Below, piece by piece: positions 1 through 10,508 of a DNA stretch of 64,000 nucleotides (positions within the stretch are counted from its first letter, which is position 1; the number at the start of each line of letters is the position of its first letter). This DNA is from an uncultured Pelagibacteraceae bacterium (GTDB lineage Bacteria > Pseudomonadota > Alphaproteobacteria > Pelagibacterales > AG-422-B15). The notes beneath the pieces are model-generated. The model was not told the origin of the DNA and did not search any database. It was given only the letters and a program-made list of their open reading frames with translations. A program made the position numbers and the translations under genes. The stretch spans positions 4,730 through 68,729 of the forward strand of contig CABZEU010000003.1 in assembly GCA_902524795.1 (NCBI GenBank). Reading direction: 5' to 3'.

Positions 1-1326
1 ATTATCAGGCACAAACAGATTTTTGAAGATCCAGATACAGGTATTTATGACATCGCAGAATACAAGATTATTGACCCTGAAGATGGGACAGAAGTAAGCC
101 TTCCCGATGGACTAAGATTAAAACAAAATAAGATTCATGGATCCATTAGTACACCTGGAGTTTATTCAATAACGATAAGAGCCATTGATGGTGAAGGGCT
201 TTATGCAGATCATACGTTCACAATTACAGTAAATCCTGCACCAGGAGAAATAGCTGAAAAAGAAACTATTGATGAAGAAATACCATCCACTTATGAAACA
301 GTTGTCATTAAACCAAAGAAAGATTATTTAGCTGCAATTAAAGAAACAGTTAATGAGGGTTCATTAGGCATCACTGATGAAGGTTTTAATTTAGATACTA
401 TATCAATTGCTGATACTGCATCCCTTTCAAAACCGCTAAAATTTAATGGAGGTTTGAGATTGATGGATGCCGTTGCAAATGAAGCAGCAGGCAATGAAGA
501 GTCTGATTTATCAGTGGGTGTTAAAATAAATGATGATAACCAAAAGAATGTTGAACTGTATTCAGGAAAATTATCTGACGGGGAAGCCTTACCAGATTGG
601 ATACAAGTTAATCCTGAAACGGGAGAAACAACGGCCGATATGCCCGAGGATATTCAAGAAGTTGAAGTCCAACTAGTTGCTCTAGACAAAGACGGCAATA
701 CAAGAGACATTAATATTGTTCTGGATAAAGCAAAAATTAAAAACGACCAAGACTTTACTAGGGGCACAGTTGGTCAAACTCAGGTTGTGGTTGATAATGA
801 TGCCAATGTAAATCTTATTCGTAAAACTGACGGAAAAACAAATCAAGTTGCGTCAAATAATTTAAATGCGGAAACTGATTTCCTAGGAACCATGAAACTA
901 AGTGATATTCAAGTTGATGCAGGCAAGTATACGTTGGATGTAATCGATGACAATCAATCGAATGTAAAATTCTATAAAGCTGAGATGAAAGATGGGAGCT
1001 CTTTGCCTGAATGGATTACCATTGATCCAGAAACAGGAGCTATTTCAGCAGACCCATCAATAGGTCGAACGGGTTCTGCAGCCCCAGCATTTTTAACAAA
1101 TAGTCTTCAAGTCCTTGAGTTAAAAATTATTGCTGAAGATGAAGATGGTAAAGAGAGAATAATTGAAGTTGATATTAATCTTGATGAAATCGCTGCTCCA
1201 TCTGAGACTGAAAAGCAAGCTGAGGAAACTGATGAAGTATCATTTATACCTCTTGATGAACAACTTAAGGTACAGTCTCAGAAAATAGATAATTATGGCG
1301 AAAAAATTATTAGTCTTGTAAGCTAA
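1..1326 (+). CDS. C-terminal end of a large secreted repeat protein (cadherin-like / putative-Ig repeat adhesin), 5' partial
   Basis: Frame 1 is open from nt 1 to the stop at 1324-1326, so the listed TTG start at 454 is internal. Three degenerate repeats share one signature: SLPDGLRLKQNKIHGSISTPGVYSITIRAIDGEG; ALPDWIQVNPETGETTADMP...VALDKDGN; SLPEWITIDPETGAISADPS...IAEDEDGKE. This pattern is typical of dystroglycan/cadherin-like Ig domains in giant bacterial surface proteins. The protein is acidic, and I saw no RTX GGxGxD repeats. Confidence 0.7.
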   Translation: MIRHKQIFEDPDTGIYDIAEYKIIDPEDGTEVSLPDGLRLKQNKIHGSISTPGVYSITIRAIDGEGLYADHTFTITVNPAPGEIAEKETIDEEIPSTYETVVIKPKKDYLAAIKETVNEGSLGITDEGFNLDTISIADTASLSKPLKFNGGLRLMDAVANEAAGNEESDLSVGVKINDDNQKNVELYSGKLSDGEALPDWIQVNPETGETTADMPEDIQEVEVQLVALDKDGNTRDINIVLDKAKIKNDQDFTRGTVGQTQVVVDNDANVNLIRKTDGKTNQVASNNLNAETDFLGTMKLSDIQVDAGKYTLDVIDDNQSNVKFYKAEMKDGSSLPEWITIDPETGAISADPSIGRTGSAAPAFLTNSLQVLELKIIAEDEDGKERIIEVDINLDEIAAPSETEKQAEETDEVSFIPLDEQLKVQSQKIDNYGEKIISLVS

Positions 1327-1338
1327 TTCTGTAAATAA

Positions 1339-2058
1339 ATGAATAAAGTTAAAACATCGTTAGCAACGTTTTGCTTTCTTTTTATATCTTTTGACGCACT
1401 AGCTGAAGAAAGATCAACACGTATTTTAGTTACTGCAACTGAAGAGGCGACTTTATCAAGTGAAATTTCAGCAAAAATAATCTCTATTCCTGTAAAAGCA
1501 GGAAATAACTTTAGTAAATCAGATATTTTAATTGAATTTGACTGTTCTTTTTTTGAAGCCCAAAAAGATGTTGTTCAAGCAGAACTTGATAGTGCTAGGG
1601 TAACTTTAAAAAGCAATCAAGAGCTTGCTGCGATGAGATCTATTGGAGAGTATGAAGTTCAACTATCTCAAATAGCAGTCGATCGAGCACAATCAGAATT
1701 AAATATTGCGGAACTCAACACTGATCGTTGTATTATTCGAGCACCCTATGACGGAGTCATGTCCAAAGTTTTTGTAAATGAGTACGAAAGTATTGAAAGG
1801 CAACAGCCATTGATTGAAATTATTGGGTCAGGCACATTGGAAGCAAAACTTATGATATCAAGTAAATGGCTATCATGGTTATCTGAAGGACATCCTCTAA
1901 GTATAGTTATTGATGAGAATGGCTTAGAGTATAGTGCACAAATACATTCTTTGGGTGCAGATATAGATCCGGTAAGTCAGACGATTGATGCTACCGCACA
2001 ATTTGATAAAAATTATAAGACATTACTTCCAGGAATGAGTGGGACAGCAACGTTTTGA
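1339..2058 (+). CDS. Periplasmic membrane-fusion (HlyD/RND-adaptor family) protein with signal peptide
   Basis: N-terminal signal peptide (MNKVKTSLATFCFLFISFDALA/EE). Short coiled-coil segment. MFP lipoyl/beta-barrel motif IIRAPYDGVMSKVFVNEYESIERQQPLIEII. Starts 12 nt after the repeat protein. Confidence 0.7.
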   Translation: MNKVKTSLATFCFLFISFDALAEERSTRILVTATEEATLSSEISAKIISIPVKAGNNFSKSDILIEFDCSFFEAQKDVVQAELDSARVTLKSNQELAAMRSIGEYEVQLSQIAVDRAQSELNIAELNTDRCIIRAPYDGVMSKVFVNEYESIERQQPLIEIIGSGTLEAKLMISSKWLSWLSEGHPLSIVIDENGLEYSAQIHSLGADIDPVSQTIDATAQFDKNYKTLLPGMSGTATF

Positions 2059-3398
2059 ATGATAATTCTTCAATAAAAATTGCACGACTAATTACACTTG
2101 AAAAAAAGTTTCGTAACGCTGAAAGTGAGACAGAACTTGGTTTTATTTGTGCAAACGAATTACGGAGTATAGTTGACTATAATTTCTTATTTCTTCTCAA
2201 CAGATCAAGCATAAACCGGCTTAAAGTGAATACTATTTCTGATTTATCAGTCATTGATAGAACTGCTCCAACCGTAACCTTTATTGAGGGATTGCTCAAT
2301 AAGAAAGGAATGATCAATAGTGATGAAGTATCTGCAATTAGTCTTCAAAGCCTTGATTTAGATAAAGTAAACCTAAGCATCCCTGAAAATTTTCCAAATC
2401 ATTTAGTTTTTGTTCCTTTGTCTTCTCGAATAGAAAAAAATATTGGTTACTTAGTTCTTGTAAGAACAGAATCAGTTACAAGTTCAGAAAAAGATTTATT
2501 ATTACACATCTCCGAAAGCTTTAGCCACGCACTCACTGCTTTTGGTTCAAAAAGAACGGTTTTAACAAGTATCAGTCGTATATTCACAGGGTGGGTAAAG
2601 TGGCTAGTGATTGCATCCATAACTGTGGTGATGTTCTTTCCTATTAGCATGTCAGCTTTGGCACCAGTAGAGGTGGTTGCAAAAGATCCAACCATTGTCA
2701 CATCACCTGTGAATGGTGTTATTGAAAAAGTCTTAATTAAGACCAACGAAAATGTAAAACCAGGTACGGAACTAGTTAAACTAGACGATTTAAATTTTAA
2801 AAATCAGTATGAAATTGCACTTCAAAAACTTGAAGTAGCTGAAGCTGAGCTGTTAAGAGCTAAGCAGTCATCATTTTCAAATGAAGATGATAAAGCACGC
2901 CTGGTTGAGCTTTCAACTGAAGTAGGGTTAAGGAAAAAAGAAGCCACTTATGCAGAAGAACAATTGAAGTATTCAATCATTTCTGCAGAGCGAGAAGGTA
3001 TAGCCGTAGTTGAAGACTTTACTGATTGGCAAGGGAGACCTGTTACCATTGGCGAAAAAATATTAACTATAGCTGATCCTCAACACGTTGAATTTCAAAT
3101 CTTTTTGCCCACAAAAGATTCTCTTTTGATTAAAAAAGAAGCCAGAGTAAAAATATTTTTAGATAGTGATCCCCTTAATTCTCTTGAAGGAGAAGTCTTG
3201 CGTACTTCATATAAGCCGGCTCTTACGGCTGAGAATATTTTAGCATATCAGATTTTTGCAAAATTAGATGAAAACCAAGGAGAAGTTCCGAGAATAGGAT
3301 TACGAGGTACAGCAAAAATTTACGGAGAAAAAACAAGTATCTTTTATTACATATTCCGCGTTCCTATAAATCTTACAAGACAATTTTTAGGTTTTTAG
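2055..3398 (+). CDS. HlyD-family membrane-fusion protein with a ~180 aa N-terminal cytoplasmic domain and one TM helix
   Basis: TTG start overlaps the upstream TGA (TTGA). TM segment WLVIASITVVMFFPISM. Then VVAKDPTIVTSPVNGVIEKVLIKTNENVKPGTELVKLDD, a coiled coil (LEVAEAELLRAKQ) and IISAEREGIAVVED, as in HlyD adaptors. The N-terminal domain looks GAF-like by eye only. Confidence 0.65.
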   Translation: MNDNSSIKIARLITLEKKFRNAESETELGFICANELRSIVDYNFLFLLNRSSINRLKVNTISDLSVIDRTAPTVTFIEGLLNKKGMINSDEVSAISLQSLDLDKVNLSIPENFPNHLVFVPLSSRIEKNIGYLVLVRTESVTSSEKDLLLHISESFSHALTAFGSKRTVLTSISRIFTGWVKWLVIASITVVMFFPISMSALAPVEVVAKDPTIVTSPVNGVIEKVLIKTNENVKPGTELVKLDDLNFKNQYEIALQKLEVAEAELLRAKQSSFSNEDDKARLVELSTEVGLRKKEATYAEEQLKYSIISAEREGIAVVEDFTDWQGRPVTIGEKILTIADPQHVEFQIFLPTKDSLLIKKEARVKIFLDSDPLNSLEGEVLRTSYKPALTAENILAYQIFAKLDENQGEVPRIGLRGTAKIYGEKTSIFYYIFRVPINLTRQFLGF

Positions 3399-5504
3399 AT
3401 GACTGTTCCATACTTAAGACAAGATTTGAAATTGAGTGAGGGTCCCAAAAAAGAGGACGGCTCTTCATCGTGGCTACTTTATGACTCTTTAAGAAATAAA
3501 TATTTTTCAATCAATAAAAATGCTTTTGATCTTTTAAAAAACTGGTCAAGTGGATCTCAATTAGATGATTTCATAAAAAAAATTAATGAAATTAACTTAT
3601 TAGTAAGTGAAGAAGAAATAAATGAGTTTATCAATTTTCTAGATCAAAATAATTTGACGATCAAAAAGACCAGTGAAGAAGTAAAGTCTTTGGTGGTTCA
3701 AAAAAACAAAACGAATAAACATTGGTTACTTAAACTCATTCACAATTATCTATTTTTCAAAATACCTTTATTAAGACCAGGCACCTGGCTCCAAAGAACC
3801 TTACCTATTGCCATGTTCTTAAGCTCATTAACAGTCAGACGAATTATTTATGGTTTAGGAATAATTGGAATATTTCTGACAATAACTAATTATGAGAAAT
3901 TTCTCTCAACTTTTTCATATTTTTATAATATTAATGGCTTGATCTTATTTGGAATCACGATCATTTTTGTGAAAGCTTTACATGAGTTAGGTCATGCCTA
4001 TGTAGCTACATATTATAAGTGTAAAGTTTCATCTATTGGCCTAGCTATGCTGGTGTTTTTTCCATTTTTATATACGGATACATCCGATGCCTGGAAACTC
4101 ACTGACCACAGAAAGCGTTTACTAATAAATTTTGCAGGTATGTTAACTGAACTGCACCTAGCCTTGATTGCTACATTTGCATGGGCTGTATTTCCAGATG
4201 GTATTATGAAAAGTGCAGCATTTTTCATTGCTACATCAAGTTGGATTTCATCTTTATTGATCAACATAAGTCCTTTTATGAGGTTTGATGGCTATTATGT
4301 GCTCTCTGATTTTCTCAAAGCTGAAAACTTGCAACCGCGTTCATTTGCTTTAGGTCGATGGCAGATAAGAGAGTGGCTCTTTGGTTTTAAATTTCAGCCA
4401 CCAGAACAGTTGATCGCTAACAGAAGGTGGACTTTTATAATTTATGCATGGGCTACGTGGATTTATCGTTTCTTTATTTTTATTGGTATTGCATTATTGG
4501 TTTATTATTTAACATTTAAAATATTAGGAATTATTTTATTTGTAATAGAAATTGTGTGGTTCATTTTATTGCCGATTGCTAGAGAAGTTATTCAATGGTG
4601 GAAGCTTAGAAGGTCAATGAAATTGAATAGATCTTCTATGAGGTCAATCGTCTTGTTCACAGCATTTATGTTTGCCATGCTTGTTCCATGGCGCACATCC
4701 CTAAGTTTGCCAGCTGTTATTGAAGAAGGTGTTGTTCTTGATATTTTTGCATCGGAAGACTCCAAGATAAGAAAGGTCAATGTTTCACATAATCAGTATG
4801 TAGCTGAGGGAGACTTGCTAGTTGTTATGACCAGTCCTTTGATCTCTAATAAAGTTGAAAAAGCAATAGATCGCGTAAAAATGATACAGCAAAAACTTGA
4901 TCGTAGAGTGGGATCAAAGCTTGATCTTAGTAACCTATTAATACTTGAGAATGAGTTACAAAAAGAGATTGAAATTTTGAATTCTTTGAAAGAAGAAAAT
5001 AAAGCTTTATCAATTTATGCACCATCAGATGGCATAATAAAAGATTTGATAAGTCTCAACGCTAATCAATGGGTAAATAAAAAAGATAAGCTATTTTCAA
5101 TCGTTCAGTCAGAAGAAGTACAAGTGATAGCCTTTGTTAGCGAGACGGATCTTGATAAAATAAAAAAAGTTTCAAGCGGCTATTTTCATGCAAAAAATAA
5201 CGAATTTGCGAAAGTCAAAGTCGAATTAGTATCATCAAATGAAACTTCAACCGAAGAATTGCTGTATTTGGCTTTGACCTCAACTTATGGAGGCACAATT
5301 GCATCAAGAGAAATACTTGGAAAGAAAAAAGTACAGAGACCTGAAAATGCTATTTATCAACTAAATTTCACTTCCTCAGAAAATCCAAAAGATTTACAAT
5401 GGCAGACAGCTGGATCTGTTAAAATAGATTCTGAAAATTATAATATTTTTCAAAATATATTTAATGCTACTACCTCAATACTCATTCAGGAAAGTGGATT
5501 TTAG
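3399..5504 (+). CDS. Polytopic M50 (site-2-protease-like) zinc metalloprotease fused to a C-terminal HlyD-like adaptor domain
   Basis: ATG directly abuts the upstream TAG. HExxH motif inside a TM region ([16 protein letters not shown]), with several further TM helices and [13 protein letters not shown]-terminal half has MFP-like motifs ([30 protein letters not shown]; coiled coil; [14 protein letters not shown]). N-terminal soluble domain: [14 protein letters not shown]...[25 protein letters not shown]. Confidence 0.75.
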   Translation: MTVPYLRQDLKLSEGPKKEDGSSSWLLYDSLRNKYFSINKNAFDLLKNWSSGSQLDDFIKKINEINLLVSEEEINEFINFLDQNNLTIKKTSEEVKSLVVQKNKTNKHWLLKLIHNYLFFKIPLLRPGTWLQRTLPIAMFLSSLTVRRIIYGLGIIGIFLTITNYEKFLSTFSYFYNINGLILFGITIIFVKALHELGHAYVATYYKCKVSSIGLAMLVFFPFLYTDTSDAWKLTDHRKRLLINFAGMLTELHLALIATFAWAVFPDGIMKSAAFFIATSSWISSLLINISPFMRFDGYYVLSDFLKAENLQPRSFALGRWQIREWLFGFKFQPPEQLIANRRWTFIIYAWATWIYRFFIFIGIALLVYYLTFKILGIILFVIEIVWFILLPIAREVIQWWKLRRSMKLNRSSMRSIVLFTAFMFAMLVPWRTSLSLPAVIEEGVVLDIFASEDSKIRKVNVSHNQYVAEGDLLVVMTSPLISNKVEKAIDRVKMIQQKLDRRVGSKLDLSNLLILENELQKEIEILNSLKEENKALSIYAPSDGIIKDLISLNANQWVNKKDKLFSIVQSEEVQVIAFVSETDLDKIKKVSSGYFHAKNNEFAKVKVELVSSNETSTEELLYLALTSTYGGTIASREILGKKKVQRPENAIYQLNFTSSENPKDLQWQTAGSVKIDSENYNIFQNIFNATTSILIQESGF

Positions 5505-6121
5505 TTAATTTCAAGACCGCCCTCAGTTTTGAGAAACTCAGCAACATTTTCTATACCCTTATTATTCTTCATTTCACCAAATATATAAGGCATGCCTGAT
5601 CGGGCAGTTTCAACATCTAATTTCATTTGATCTAAATCAACATTTACGTGATTTGCTAAATCGGTTTTATTGATGATTAGTAAATCAGATTTTTTTATTG
5701 CTGGTCCACCTTTACGAGGAATATCACCTCCCATTCCAACATCAATTACATAGATTGATAAATCTACCAACTCCGGACTAAAAGTTGCAGCTAAATTATC
5801 TCCACCTGACTCAATCAATAGCAACTGTAAATCAGGAAATTTTTGTTTCATTTCTTCTACAGCCAAGAGGTTAATTGAAGCATCTTCTCTAATTGCGGTA
5901 TGAGGGCATCCACCTGTTTCGACGCCTTTAATTCTCTCAATTGGTAAAACTTGAGCTCTCATTAAATACTCGGCATCCTCGATTGTATAAATATCATTGG
6001 ATATAACTGCCATTGAAATATTTTTAGATAAATTTTTGCACAAAGCCTCAGTAAGACTTGTTTTACCAGCACCTACAGGGCCGCCGATACCAATTTTTAA
6101 TGGACCTCGAAAATTATTCAT
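5501..6121 (-). CDS. ureG: Urease accessory GTPase UreG
   Basis: P-loop [13 protein letters not shown], plus ESGGDNL and NKTDL motifs. The likely start is the ATG at 6121 ([14 protein letters not shown]), which forms an ATGA overlap with the ureF stop. The ORF-track start at 6178 is an over-extension. Confidence 0.95.
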   Translation of the reverse strand: MNNFRGPLKIGIGGPVGAGKTSLTEALCKNLSKNISMAVISNDIYTIEDAEYLMRAQVLPIERIKGVETGGCPHTAIREDASINLLAVEEMKQKFPDLQLLLIESGGDNLAATFSPELVDLSIYVIDVGMGGDIPRKGGPAIKKSDLLIINKTDLANHVNVDLDQMKLDVETARSGMPYIFGEMKNNKGIENVAEFLKTEGGLEIN

Positions 6122-6777
6122 GTGACATAAATTCTGGATGTAAGATTTTCGTGTTTCATGCTGTAAATATCTGCACAAAACATTGAACTGCGTAAATCGT
6201 CTAAGCTATAGTCTTTCATCGTATTATGGAAACTTTTCATCATTCCAAGAAATGACACCATACAATCTTGGCCATCTTTCTGGCTTAAAGGTATATGTTT
6301 AACGCACATATTGATTAAGTTTGAGATGAATGATTGGATATAAAAGTCAACCAAATCATCAAAAGCAATATGAAATTTAATTCCTGCTTGAGCAATACAG
6401 ACTGGAAAAGCAGTCTCATTATTTATTGTATAGCCCCAACTCTCAGACATAATTTTTCGGAAGGCATCACCCATTTTGAGTGTTTCAAGTTGACGTTCCT
6501 TGGATGAGCAACTTGCAAGCACTAAATCATTCACATTAATTCCATCATAGGTAGCCTTGATAAAGATATACTCATTTCTGCATGTTCCCTCAAAGAGAAT
6601 ACTTTTAATAAATTCCAATACGTCATTTTTATTTTTGATTAGCTTATCATCAATTAAAGCCTCGAGACCATGCGAATATGCGTATGAACCAATAGGAAAT
6701 GAAGACGAGAACCAAAGATGTAAAATTTGATGAGATTTTAAATCCAATGAGTTTTTATCTTTAATGCTTGTGACCAT
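6118..6777 (-). CDS. ureF: Urease accessory protein UreF
   Basis: UreF N-terminal signature [22 protein letters not shown], and position between ureE and ureG. Start is uncertain: ATG at 6777 or 6795, TTG at 6825. Confidence 0.85.
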   Translation of the reverse strand: MVTSIKDKNSLDLKSHQILHLWFSSSFPIGSYAYSHGLEALIDDKLIKNKNDVLEFIKSILFEGTCRNEYIFIKATYDGINVNDLVLASCSSKERQLETLKMGDAFRKIMSESWGYTINNETAFPVCIAQAGIKFHIAFDDLVDFYIQSFISNLINMCVKHIPLSQKDGQDCMVSFLGMMKSFHNTMKDYSLDDLRSSMFCADIYSMKHENLTSRIYVT

Positions 6778-7204
6778 GCGTTCTCCCCAAACCATAAGCC
6801 CCTCCTTCAGGATTAAATTGTTCAATCACAGATTTTGTCTGCCCCCCAAGTCTTCTCACCATATCCTCAATTATATGGTCACTTTGTATTAGAATTCTTG
6901 TAGCTTCAATCTGACAGGGGATATGTCTATTCCCAATATGCCATATTAATTTATTTAAACTTTCTGACTTGATCTCAATTAAATTTTCTTTTTTTGATTT
7001 TATAGTAATTAATTTTCCACTCTTAAGTTTGAACGCTTGATTACTCAAGACTGATTTCATCTCTTCAAGATCAACAAGAAATTCATGACCTTTGTCAGAA
7101 ACTAATTTTTTGCGTCGCATGAATCTCTCCTCATAAGATAGCGAAATTGTATCAACAACTTCGGAGGAATCACAGTTACTTAATATTGAATTACAAATTT
7201 CCAT
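6761..7204 (-). CDS. ureE: Urease accessory metallochaperone UreE
   Basis: Position between ureC and ureF. Size 147 aa. His-rich C-terminal tail GRTHGHKH, typical of Ni-binding UreE. Confidence 0.85.
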   Translation of the reverse strand: MEICNSILSNCDSSEVVDTISLSYEERFMRRKKLVSDKGHEFLVDLEEMKSVLSNQAFKLKSGKLITIKSKKENLIEIKSESLNKLIWHIGNRHIPCQIEATRILIQSDHIIEDMVRRLGGQTKSVIEQFNPEGGAYGLGRTHGHKH

Positions 7205-7206
7205 AA

Positions 7207-8913
7207 TCAGTACATAAAATATCTTTGTGCCATTGGCAGTTCTTCTGCAGGTTCACATGTTATAATTTCTCCATTTGCTCTAACCTCATATGTTTCAGGA
7301 TTTACATCTATAGATGGACAAACATCATTTAAAACCATATCTTTTTTTGAAATTGACCTTGTATTGCTTACCGGCAGCATATTTTTTTGTATATTGAGAT
7401 GATCAAGGCTGCCTGCCTCCAGAGAACTCTTGCTGACAAAAGTTACCGATGAGTTTTCAAGCGATCTTCCATAACTTCCAAACATTGGGCGGGTATATAC
7501 AGGTTGGGGAGTTGGAATCGATGCGTTTGGATCGCCCATTTGAGCGCAGGCAATACTCCCACCCATTATTACAATCTCAGGCTTAACACCAAAGAAAGCT
7601 GGGTCCCAGATAACGATATCTGCTCTTTTATTTTTTTCGAGACTGCCAACATAGGAAGAAATTCCATGAGCAATTGACGGATTTATTGTATATTTTGCAA
7701 GGTATCGTTTGACTCTTAAATTATCATTATCGCCTTGCTCTTCAGACAGTCTTCCTCGTTGGACTTTCATTTTATGGGCTGTTTGCCATGTTCTAATAAT
7801 AACCTCACCAACGCGTCCCATAGCTTGACTGTCAGATGCGATGATTGAGAAAGCACCCATATCGTGCAAAATGTCTTCAGCAGCCATCGTCTCTCTCCGT
7901 ATTCTACTCTCAGCAAATGCTACGTCTTCAGGTATTGATTTATCAAGGTGATGGCAAACCATCAGCATATCTAAATGCTCTTCAACAGTGTTAACAGTAA
8001 ATGGTCGTGTTGGATTAGTTGAAGATGGCAAAACATATGGTTCACCACAAATTTTTATTATATCAGGCGCGTGTCCACCACCTGCACCCTCAGTATGAAA
8101 TGTATGAATGGTTCTTTTATTAATTGCATTAATTGTATTTTCTACAAAACCGCTTTCATTGAGCGTATCAGTATGTATCATGACCTGAACGTCGAATTTA
8201 TCAGCAACATTTAAACAATTATCAATTGCACCAGGAGTAGACCCCCAGTCCTCATGAAGTTTGAGAGCAGCTGCTCCACCAAGAACTTGTTCCTCTAAAC
8301 CAGAAGGCATCGAAGAATTTCCTTTGCCTGCATAAGCTAAATTCATCGAGAAAGCATCAGATGATTGAAGCATCCTGCCGATGTGCCATGGCCCTGGCGT
8401 GCAAGTAGTTGCTAATGTTCCATGTGCTGGTCCAGTACCTCCACCCAGCATCGTAGTAATGCCAGAATGTAAGGCGTCATCAATTTGCTGAGGACATATG
8501 AAATGTATATGACTATCAAAGCCGCCCGCCGTTACAATTTTACCTTCACCTGCAATAACTTCAGTACCTGGACCAATTATAATATCCACATCGGGTTGTG
8601 TATCAGGGTTACCAGCTTTTCCAATATGGTCAATATTTCCGTTCTTTAGTCCAATATCTGCTTTATATATTCCGGTGACATCTAGAATCAGAGCATTTGT
8701 AATAACTGTGTCTACGGCTCCATCACTTCTTGAAACCTGAGACTGTCCCATGCCATCGCGAATAACTTTGCCGCCACCAAACTTAACTTCCTCACCGTAG
8801 ACTGTGAGGTCTTTTTCAACCTCTATGAAAAGTTCAGTATCAGCTAACCTTACTTTATCCCCTGTTGTGGGGCCATACATAGCTACATAAGATTGTCTTG
8901 GAATTTTTTTCAT
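7207..8913 (-). CDS. ureC: Urease alpha subunit
   Basis: 568 aa with hallmark motifs [35 protein letters not shown] and KLHEDWG. Confidence 0.97.
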   Translation of the reverse strand: MKKIPRQSYVAMYGPTTGDKVRLADTELFIEVEKDLTVYGEEVKFGGGKVIRDGMGQSQVSRSDGAVDTVITNALILDVTGIYKADIGLKNGNIDHIGKAGNPDTQPDVDIIIGPGTEVIAGEGKIVTAGGFDSHIHFICPQQIDDALHSGITTMLGGGTGPAHGTLATTCTPGPWHIGRMLQSSDAFSMNLAYAGKGNSSMPSGLEEQVLGGAAALKLHEDWGSTPGAIDNCLNVADKFDVQVMIHTDTLNESGFVENTINAINKRTIHTFHTEGAGGGHAPDIIKICGEPYVLPSSTNPTRPFTVNTVEEHLDMLMVCHHLDKSIPEDVAFAESRIRRETMAAEDILHDMGAFSIIASDSQAMGRVGEVIIRTWQTAHKMKVQRGRLSEEQGDNDNLRVKRYLAKYTINPSIAHGISSYVGSLEKNKRADIVIWDPAFFGVKPEIVIMGGSIACAQMGDPNASIPTPQPVYTRPMFGSYGRSLENSSVTFVSKSSLEAGSLDHLNIQKNMLPVSNTRSISKKDMVLNDVCPSIDVNPETYEVRANGEIITCEPAEELPMAQRYFMY

Positions 8914-9218
8914 TTAATTTTTCCCATAACTTTTTTATTAAACCCAAATATTTTTTTTAGTCCCTGTATTTCGATAAGCTCAACATCTCTTGTTTGTCCA
9001 GGTTCAAACCTTACTGCGGTTCCAGATGAAATGTTTAGTCTCATGCCTAAAGATTTCTTTCTATCAAATTCAAGACTTTCATTTACTTCAGCAAAATGAT
9101 AGTGGCTACCGACTTGAATTGGACGATCACCAGTGTTGGAGACTTTCATTGTCAAACTCACTAAATCTTTATTTAAAATTATTTCACTGTCACTTGTAAT
9201 TATTTCTCCTGGAATCAT
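8910..9218 (-). CDS. ureB: Urease beta subunit
   Basis: 102 aa. MIPGEI...[19 protein letters not shown] is the conserved UreB core. ATGA overlap with ureC. Confidence 0.95.
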   Translation of the reverse strand: MIPGEIITSDSEIILNKDLVSLTMKVSNTGDRPIQVGSHYHFAEVNESLEFDRKKSLGMRLNISSGTAVRFEPGQTRDVELIEIQGLKKIFGFNKKVMGKIK

Positions 9219-9225
9219 ATAATTC

Positions 9226-9528
9226 TTACCTTATGGGTTTATGTACTGTGACCAACTTTGTTCCATCTGGAAAAGTTGCTTCTGTCTGCACTTCGGCAAT
9301 CATTTCAGCAACTCCTTCCATACAGTCATCTTTTTTTAATACATGTGCTGCGCTTTCCATAAGTTCAGCTACAGATTTGCCATCCCTTGCACCCTCAACA
9401 ACATAATCCGAAATAATTGATACAGCTTCAGGATAATTTAATTTAACACCACGGTCTAACCTCTTTCGAGCGACTATTGCAGCCATGCTGACCATCATTT
9501 TATCAATCTCTCTTGGGGAAAGCTTCAC
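9226..9528 (-). CDS. ureA: Urease gamma subunit
   Basis: (M)[35 protein letters not shown] matches the UreA N-terminus. The GTG at 9528 gives the canonical 100 aa length and overlaps the ureD TGA (GTGA). The ORF-track start at 9540 is also GTG. Confidence 0.93.
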   Translation of the reverse strand: MKLSPREIDKMMVSMAAIVARKRLDRGVKLNYPEAVSIISDYVVEGARDGKSVAELMESAAHVLKKDDCMEGVAEMIAEVQTEATFPDGTKLVTVHKPIR

Positions 9529-10322
9529 GCAGCACCCCACATGTAAGGAATTTTATCATTCATCATGATTGATACGATATTTTTTGTAAATTTTTTTAAA
9601 TAATAGTTATTAGATGAAATACTTCTTATTACTATCTTACCATCCCACTCTGAAATACCAGTAGTTATACTTTTTTCATCATGTATATTATCTTTTAATA
9701 CAGTATAAAATTTATTCATTTCTGAACCTAGTATTATTATTGTATTAATTGCAATACTATCATTAAGCATAAATTTACTATTCCGCATTCTTTTTATATT
9801 ATCTGCAAAGCCATTGATTTCAAGGTGAGCAATTTTATTATCATTAAATATTTTCCATCGATCAGAGTAGTAACCTTTTTCAATCGTTTCATTCATTGCT
9901 GATCTTCCATAAACAACTGTTTCGCAAAAAAATAAATTTGAATTATTCAAAAGATTGACATCAATTTGACGTCTTAGGTTGCAGTTATCAAAGAGGATTG
10001 TTTCATTTGGTATCCAAAAAAGAGTACTGTTATCAATGTTAATTGTGTATTTAAGTTCAGCCGCGTCTCCATATCCACTATACACCTTCTCAGCAGCCTG
10101 ACTTGTAGTAAGCATATGTGTATTGTGTAAGTCTATATTGGAATTAAACTTATCCCCACTCGTTACGCCTCCAGATGTATTAACTAAAACTAGTTGAGAT
10201 AAACTAGAGTAGGATTGAGGTAGTAAAGCTTTAAGGCATCCTTGCTGATATAATTTTTTAACATCATTATTTATAAACTCGACATCAATTTTTCCTAAAG
10301 ATTTTTGTAGATTTACTTTCAT
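9525..10322 (-). CDS. ureD: Urease accessory protein UreD
   Basis: First gene of the ureDABCEFG array, ~265 aa. The ATG at 10322 ([16 protein letters not shown]) is preferred over the TTG at 10349. Confidence 0.85.
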   Translation of the reverse strand: MKVNLQKSLGKIDVEFINNDVKKLYQQGCLKALLPQSYSSLSQLVLVNTSGGVTSGDKFNSNIDLHNTHMLTTSQAAEKVYSGYGDAAELKYTINIDNSTLFWIPNETILFDNCNLRRQIDVNLLNNSNLFFCETVVYGRSAMNETIEKGYYSDRWKIFNDNKIAHLEINGFADNIKRMRNSKFMLNDSIAINTIIILGSEMNKFYTVLKDNIHDEKSITTGISEWDGKIVIRSISSNNYYLKKFTKNIVSIMMNDKIPYMWGAA

Positions 10323-10349
10323 AAAATTATCATAGTGTTTTAATTTCAA

Positions 10350-10508
10350 GTTGACAAATAATTGTCATTTATTTTTATCACTAAAATTACAGATACTAAT
10401 TAGTAATATAAAAATTACGTTTAATTTTTTTTTTTGAAGATGTCATGTTGGCAAGTGTAAAGATTCGTATCACTAATTTTTTTAAGAAATTATGTATCAG
10501 TTAAAAAA
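10350..10508. promoter_or_regulatory. Divergent ure/urt intergenic control region with two perfect palindromes
   Basis: 159 nt between divergent ureD and urtA. TGACAAATAATTGTCA at 10352-10367 (5-bp arms, 6-nt spacer). TACTAATTAGTA at 10394-10405. AAAATTAC occurs twice (10383-10390 and 10411-10418). No confident -35/-10 assignment. Confidence 0.3.

Noticed and set aside
1-1326. RTX-type T1SS substrate signature in the giant protein tail
   Set aside because: No GGxGxD nonapeptide repeats are visible in the 441 C-terminal residues. T1SS dependence therefore cannot be claimed from the sequence.
6122-6178. 19-codon N-terminal extension of ureG in the ORF track
   Set aside because: The extension lies inside ureF. 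The conserved UreG sequence begins at the ATG at 6121, which forms an ATGA junction with ureF.
10430-10470. Possible sigma-54 (-24/-12) promoter at TTGGCAAGTGTAAAGATT upstream of urtA
   Set aside because: The GG is present, but no GC/TTGC element sits at the required 10-nt spacing. It does not fit TGGCAC-N5-TTGCW.
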